Below are positions 59,535 through 64,000 of a stretch of DNA of 64,000 nucleotides, one piece after another; the first letter of the stretch is position 1, and each line of letters starts with the position of its first letter. The position numbers and the translations under genes are program-made. The stretch comes from an uncultured delta proteobacterium (GTDB lineage Bacteria > Desulfobacterota > Binatia > JACPRU01). A model generated the notes under the pieces. The model ran no database searches. It saw nothing but the letters and a program-made list of their open reading frames with translations, and was not told the DNA's origin. The DNA lies in assembly GCA_963745025.1 (NCBI GenBank), contig CAVUWD010000010.1, positions 128,001 through 192,000 on the forward strand, read 5' to 3'.

Positions 59535-61661
59535 TCATTTCCCGCGGCGCGCGGAATTATTTCCGCCGAACTTGGTAGCCGAATCGCGGGCGGGCACGCG
59601 CTCGAGATCGGCGAGCCACACCTCGGCGACGCCGTCCGAAGGCGCGCGCCAGTCGGCGCGCGGCGAGAGTGAGCCGCCCGATCCGACCTTGGGGCCGTTC
59701 GGAAGCGCGCTCCGCTTGAACTGGGTCGTCTGGAAGAAGCGCTCGAGGAAGACGCGCAGCCACTGCTTGATCACCGCGAGCGAGTACTCGTCCTTCCATG
59801 CGCTCCACGCCAGGAAGGCGACCTTCGAGGGCGCGTAGCCGAAGCGCAGCACGTGGTAGAGGCTGAAATCCTGCAGGGTGTAGGGGCCGATCACCGATTC
59901 GCTGAGCTGCCCCGGCTGGCGCGGGCTTTCGCCGGGTACGAGCTCGGGGCTGATCCCGGTGGCGAGCACCTGGGCGAGCGTTTGGCTCGCCGCCGAGTCG
60001 AACTGACCGGAGTCCGCCACCCATTCGATCAAGTATCGGATGAGCGTCTTCGGCACGCTCGCGTTGACCGCGTAGTGTGACATCTGGTCGCCGACACCGT
60101 AGGTGCACCAGCCGAGCGCGAGCTCGGAGAGATCGCCCGTGCCGACAACGAGCGCACCGTGCCGGTTGGCGAGGCGGAAGAGATGGCTGGTTCGCTCGCC
60201 GGCTTGAACGTTCTCGAACGTCAGGTCGTAGACCTTCTGCCCGCGCGCATAGGGATGACCGAGATCCTCGAGCATCTTCCGGCACGAGGGCCTAACGTCG
60301 ATCTCTTCGGCGGTCGCACCGATCGCTCGCATCAGCTGCCAAGCCTGCCGCTTGGTGCGAGCGCTGGTCGCGAAGCCGGGCAGGGTGTAGGCGAGGATGT
60401 TCTTCCGCGGCAGCGAGAGCTCGTCCATCGCGCGTGCGCAGACGAGCAGCGCCTGCGTCGAATCGAGGCCCCCGGAAACGCCGATGACGAGCTTCTTCGT
60501 GCCGGTAGCCCGCATGCGCGTCACCAGACCCTGCACTTGGATGCGGTACACTTCCTCGCAGCGTGCATCGCGCGTCTGAGGATCCGCCGGCACATAGGGG
60601 AAGCGAGCCACCGGGCGCTCGAGAGCGAGCCGGCCGCTCGGCAGCTCGAGCGAAAAGTCGATCGTGCGAAATCGTGCGACCTCCGTTGCGTGTCGGCGGA
60701 CCGACTCGCCGAAAGAGTTTTGGCGCATGCGGTCCGCGGCGAGCCGATCGAGATCGACGTCGGCGACGGTGAGCTGGGGGTCGCTGGAGAAGCGTTGCGA
60801 TTCGGCGAGCAGCGTTCCGTTCTCCCAAACCATCGCGTGCCCGTCCCATGCCAGGTCGGTGGTGGATTCGCCGGGTCCGGCCGCGCTGTAGAGATACGCG
60901 GCGAGGCAGCGCGCCGACTGGTTGGCGGCGAGCTCGCGACGATACTCGTGCTTGGCTACCACGACGTTGGAGGCCGAGAGGTTGGCGACGACCGTGGCGC
61001 CGGCGAGCGCGGCGAAGCTCGAGGGCGGCGCCGGGACCCACAGGTCCTCGCAGATCTCCGTGAAGAGCACGAGCCTCGGCTGCTCGCGGAGCCGGAAGAG
61101 AAGGCCTGGGCCGAATGGGGCGGTCTGTCCGGCGATCGTGACCTCGTCGCGGCTGCAGGTGCTGCCCGGAGTGAATTGGCGTAGCTCGTAGAACTCCCGA
61201 TAGTTCGGCAGGTACTGCTTCGGCACGACGCCGAGGAGCCTGCCCCGACAGATCAGCGCGGCGCAGTTGTAGAGGAGCGCATCGACGGCGACCGGCAGTC
61301 CGACCAGCACGGCAATCGATAGGTCTCGCGTGCGCGTGAGGAGAGTCGCGAGCGCGCTCTCGGCACCGCGCAGCAGCGCCTCTTGGTGAAAGAGGTCCTC
61401 ACAGCTGTATGCGGAGAGCCCGAGCTCTGGAAACACACAGACGATCGCTCTCTTCCGCGCGGCCTCTCGGATCAGCGCGACCGTGCCCTCCGCGTTGAAC
61501 GCGGGGTCCCCGACGCGCACCGGCGGGGTGGCCACCGCCACGCGCACGAACCCATGCGTATAAAGACTGAAGAAGCTCGAAGGAGCTCGAATGGGTCGAC
61601 TCGTTCTCCCCACTGGGGGTATCGCCGGTCGAGAAGCAGCGGTGAGGTCGGTACTCTTCAC
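59535..61661 (-). CDS. nadE: Glutamine-dependent NAD+ synthetase
   Basis: [62 protein letters not shown]. Confidence 0.96.
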   Translation of the reverse strand: MKSTDLTAASRPAIPPVGRTSRPIRAPSSFFSLYTHGFVRVAVATPPVRVGDPAFNAEGTVALIREAARKRAIVCVFPELGLSAYSCEDLFHQEALLRGAESALATLLTRTRDLSIAVLVGLPVAVDALLYNCAALICRGRLLGVVPKQYLPNYREFYELRQFTPGSTCSRDEVTIAGQTAPFGPGLLFRLREQPRLVLFTEICEDLWVPAPPSSFAALAGATVVANLSASNVVVAKHEYRRELAANQSARCLAAYLYSAAGPGESTTDLAWDGHAMVWENGTLLAESQRFSSDPQLTVADVDLDRLAADRMRQNSFGESVRRHATEVARFRTIDFSLELPSGRLALERPVARFPYVPADPQTRDARCEEVYRIQVQGLVTRMRATGTKKLVIGVSGGLDSTQALLVCARAMDELSLPRKNILAYTLPGFATSARTKRQAWQLMRAIGATAEEIDVRPSCRKMLEDLGHPYARGQKVYDLTFENVQAGERTSHLFRLANRHGALVVGTGDLSELALGWCTYGVGDQMSHYAVNASVPKTLIRYLIEWVADSGQFDSAASQTLAQVLATGISPELVPGESPRQPGQLSESVIGPYTLQDFSLYHVLRFGYAPSKVAFLAWSAWKDEYSLAVIKQWLRVFLERFFQTTQFKRSALPNGPKVGSGGSLSPRADWRAPSDGVAEVWLADLERVPARDSATKFGGNNSARRGK

Positions 61662-61677
61662 GAAAGCGCGCGCGAAT

Positions 61678-63120
61678 TCAACGGCTTCTGCACCCCTCTC
61701 CCCGTTGGGGAGAATTCGGCGCCCGAAGCAAGCGGTGCGCCGCCAGACCGAGCCCGAACCAGCCGAGGCTCAGCCACACCGAGGAGTCGCCGCGCAGAGC
61801 GAGAATCGCCACCACCGAGAGGCTGGCGGCGGCGAAGATGAGAGGGGGAACGGGGTAGAGAGGCACGCGGTACGGGCGATCGAGATCGGGCTGGCGCCAC
61901 CGCAGCACCATCACGGCGAGCACGGAGAGCGCGGCCGTGACGAGCATCGCGCTCGAGGTGTAGGCGAGAAGCTCGTCGAAACGGCGGAAGGTGACGAGCA
62001 CGATCGACCATGCCGCTTGAAGCCAAAGCGCGGCTACCGGCGCGCCGGTTCGCGGATCGCGTCGGGCGGCAAACGCGAGGCCCTCGCCGTTCCGCGCCAT
62101 GGCTTGCACGATGCGCGATCCACCGAGCACGGTGCCGTTGATCGAAGCGAGGACGGCGCAGAGGATGAGCAGCGTGGCCACGGCTTCGCCCGCGGTGCCG
62201 AAAAGCTCGCGCGCAGCTGCCGTTCCCGCCTCGCCGACGAGCGCCAGGCGGCGCAGCGGGAAGAGCGCCGCGAAACCGACACAGAGAACGAGGTACACGG
62301 CGGCCACGCCGGCGGTGCCGCCGATGAGCGCTCGCGGCAGGCTCCGCTCCGGATGGCGGATCTCGCCCGCCACGTAGATCGCGGCGTTCCAGCCGGAGTA
62401 GGCGAAGTAGACCGGCAGGAAGGCGGCGGCCAGCGCGCCGGCATCGAAGGCCCCGGCAGGGGCCGCAACCCCTGGCAACCCGCGCACGGCGACGACGACG
62501 CTGCTGGTGGCTGCGAGAAGAACGACCGGCACGCCGGCAAGCAGCAGCTCGACTCGGCCCGAGACGACGATCCCGAGATGGTTGATCGCCGTGAAGGCGA
62601 CGACGATCAGGCTTGCCCAGAGGGGCGCCGCGGCAAGCTCGACGCCGAGAAACCGAATCGGCTCGGCGGCGGCAGGACCGAGGAGCGCCGGCAGCTGGAA
62701 GGAGGCAGCCGCCACGGCCAGCGCCGCCAGCGATCCCGGAAAGATCGCGAGAATTTGCACGACGCCCGCGGCGAATGCGATCGGCTTTCCGTAGGCCTCG
62801 CGCAGGTAGACGTACTCGCCGCCGGAGCGCGGCATCATCGCGCCCAGCTCGGCGACCGAGAGGGCGCCACAGAGCGCGACCACTGCGCCCGCGGTCCAGA
62901 CGAGAAGGTACCAGACGGTCGAGCTCACGTGAGCGGCGACCTGTGGTGGGCCGATGAAGATGCCGATGCCGAGCATCGAGCCGGCGACGAACGAGGCAGC
63001 CTGCCAGCCCCCGGCGCGCGGCGGGCCCTGTTCCGTCGGCGCCGCGGCTGCGAACGTGGCTTCGGGCGCCGGTCGTGCTCGCGGACTCTTGCCGCCTTGG
63101 ATCGCGTGCGTGCCGCTCAT
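61678..63120 (-). CDS. APC family amino acid permease
   Basis: [49 protein letters not shown]. Confidence 0.92.
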   Translation of the reverse strand: MSGTHAIQGGKSPRARPAPEATFAAAAPTEQGPPRAGGWQAASFVAGSMLGIGIFIGPPQVAAHVSSTVWYLLVWTAGAVVALCGALSVAELGAMMPRSGGEYVYLREAYGKPIAFAAGVVQILAIFPGSLAALAVAAASFQLPALLGPAAAEPIRFLGVELAAAPLWASLIVVAFTAINHLGIVVSGRVELLLAGVPVVLLAATSSVVVAVRGLPGVAAPAGAFDAGALAAAFLPVYFAYSGWNAAIYVAGEIRHPERSLPRALIGGTAGVAAVYLVLCVGFAALFPLRRLALVGEAGTAAARELFGTAGEAVATLLILCAVLASINGTVLGGSRIVQAMARNGEGLAFAARRDPRTGAPVAALWLQAAWSIVLVTFRRFDELLAYTSSAMLVTAALSVLAVMVLRWRQPDLDRPYRVPLYPVPPLIFAAASLSVVAILALRGDSSVWLSLGWFGLGLAAHRLLRAPNSPQRGEGCRSR

Positions 63121-63377
63121 CGGAGGTTAAGGCCTGGAAGCACCGCCGAGCCGCCCGTTACGTGAGTGATCGCGTTGCGGTCGTATTCGTCGTGCGACCG
63201 ATACGAGGCGAAGGAGCGCAGCATCACCTCGACGCGGTCGATCCAGACACCCACGGCTTTGAGTCCCACGGCAACACCATAGTTCGTGAAGGCGAACTTC
63301 CTAGCGCGGGGATCGGGCTCACTGCAAAAATAGCCGCGCGTCGAGACGCCGCAGGACCTCCGCGACTTCGGCGTGCA

Positions 63378-64000
63378 TCACGCCGGTCCGTAAAGCGAGA
63401 AGGGATGCGATCGCGGGAAGCCTCGGGCCGCGGGCTCGGTGATCGGGTGCACGCTACGGGCCTCGTCGAACCAGATGTACTCGTCGAACTGGTGGGGCAA
63501 GGATGCGTGCAGGTAGTGGCTCGCGAGCTCGGTCTCGGGGCGGTAGACGACGCCGATCGCACGCTCGAGGCGCGGCGCCTCGAGCTCGAAACGAACCTCT
63601 GGCCGGTTCGGCTCCCGCAAGTGGAGTAGGAACGCTGCGACCGCCGAGTCGTGGCAGAGCCGCTCGTAGCTCTCGGGATGTGCGGGCCGGACCTTCATGA
63701 TCTGCATGGGACCGTCCCACGCGCTCGCCGCCGCCACCGTGCCGTGATCCGTTCCGAAGCCGATCAGGAACGCGCGATCGCCGTATGCCTCGCGACAGAG
63801 CGACCCGACGTTCAGCTCCCCGCGTATCCCCATTTCCGTGGCGGCGGCGTCACCGAGGTGCGAGTTGTGCTCCCACAAGACGGCCTTCGAATCGGGCCCA
63901 TGAAAAAGCAGCAGCGCCTGCAGGGTTTCGAACATGTGCCGGTCGCGGAGATTCCACGACTCGACTCCGCCGTAGTACATGACTCGGTAGTAGCGCTCGG
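63378..64000 (-). CDS. Erythromycin esterase family protein (C-terminal part; runs off the window)
   Basis: SWNLRDRHM, WEHNSHLGDA, GELNVG, ERAIGVVYRP, QFDEYIWFD. Confidence 0.92.
   Translation of the reverse strand, partial: ERYYRVMYYGGVESWNLRDRHMFETLQALLLFHGPDSKAVLWEHNSHLGDAAATEMGIRGELNVGSLCREAYGDRAFLIGFGTDHGTVAAASAWDGPMQIMKVRPAHPESYERLCHDSAVAAFLLHLREPNRPEVRFELEAPRLERAIGVVYRPETELASHYLHASLPHQFDEYIWFDEARSVHPITEPAARGFPRSHPFSLYGPA

Noticed and set aside
63378-64000. Erythromycin resistance gene
   Set aside because: A family-level EreA-like domain common in stress clusters; nothing shows macrolide activity
1-64000. tRNA, rRNA, prophage or defence systems
   Set aside because: No such signatures recognised by eye; a tRNAscan/Infernal run would be needed to exclude small RNAs

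Overview
High-GC bacterial chromosome segment; the lineage cannot be fixed from the sequence. Scattered single-base frameshifts suggest an imperfectly polished long-read assembly. The first ~27 kb is a self-contained extracellular-electron-transfer island. It carries cytochrome c maturation genes (ccmBCD and a Zn-ribbon/TPR CcmI-like gene) and heme synthesis genes (hemL, a hemE remnant, hemY). An STT3/AglB-type oligosaccharyltransferase and a GT-C glycosyltransferase follow. Next come an operon of two NHL beta-propeller lipoproteins, an outer-membrane beta-barrel, a 12-heme OmcE-domain cytochrome and two c7-type triheme cytochromes, and then a CbcSTU-like quinol oxidoreductase. The island ends with a giant Cys-rich heptaheme/PKD surface cytochrome and a stand-alone OmcE-like tetraheme cytochrome. 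This suggests a glycosylated cytochrome-nanowire system with its own N-glycosylation enzyme. The middle holds metabolic genes (hydrolases, amidase, MFS, PPi-PFK, a StyC-like membrane protein, a ThDP decarboxylase) and a pqqABCDE operon with unusual accessory genes. The last ~15 kb is an O2/stress-type cluster (FixL-like kinase, hemerythrin-like protein, glgP, cytochrome c, CBS protein, two USPs, nadE). An IS1202-like remnant and several MITE/REP-like repeats occur. No rRNA, tRNA or CRISPR array was seen. All family assignments are by motif recognition from memory, not database search.
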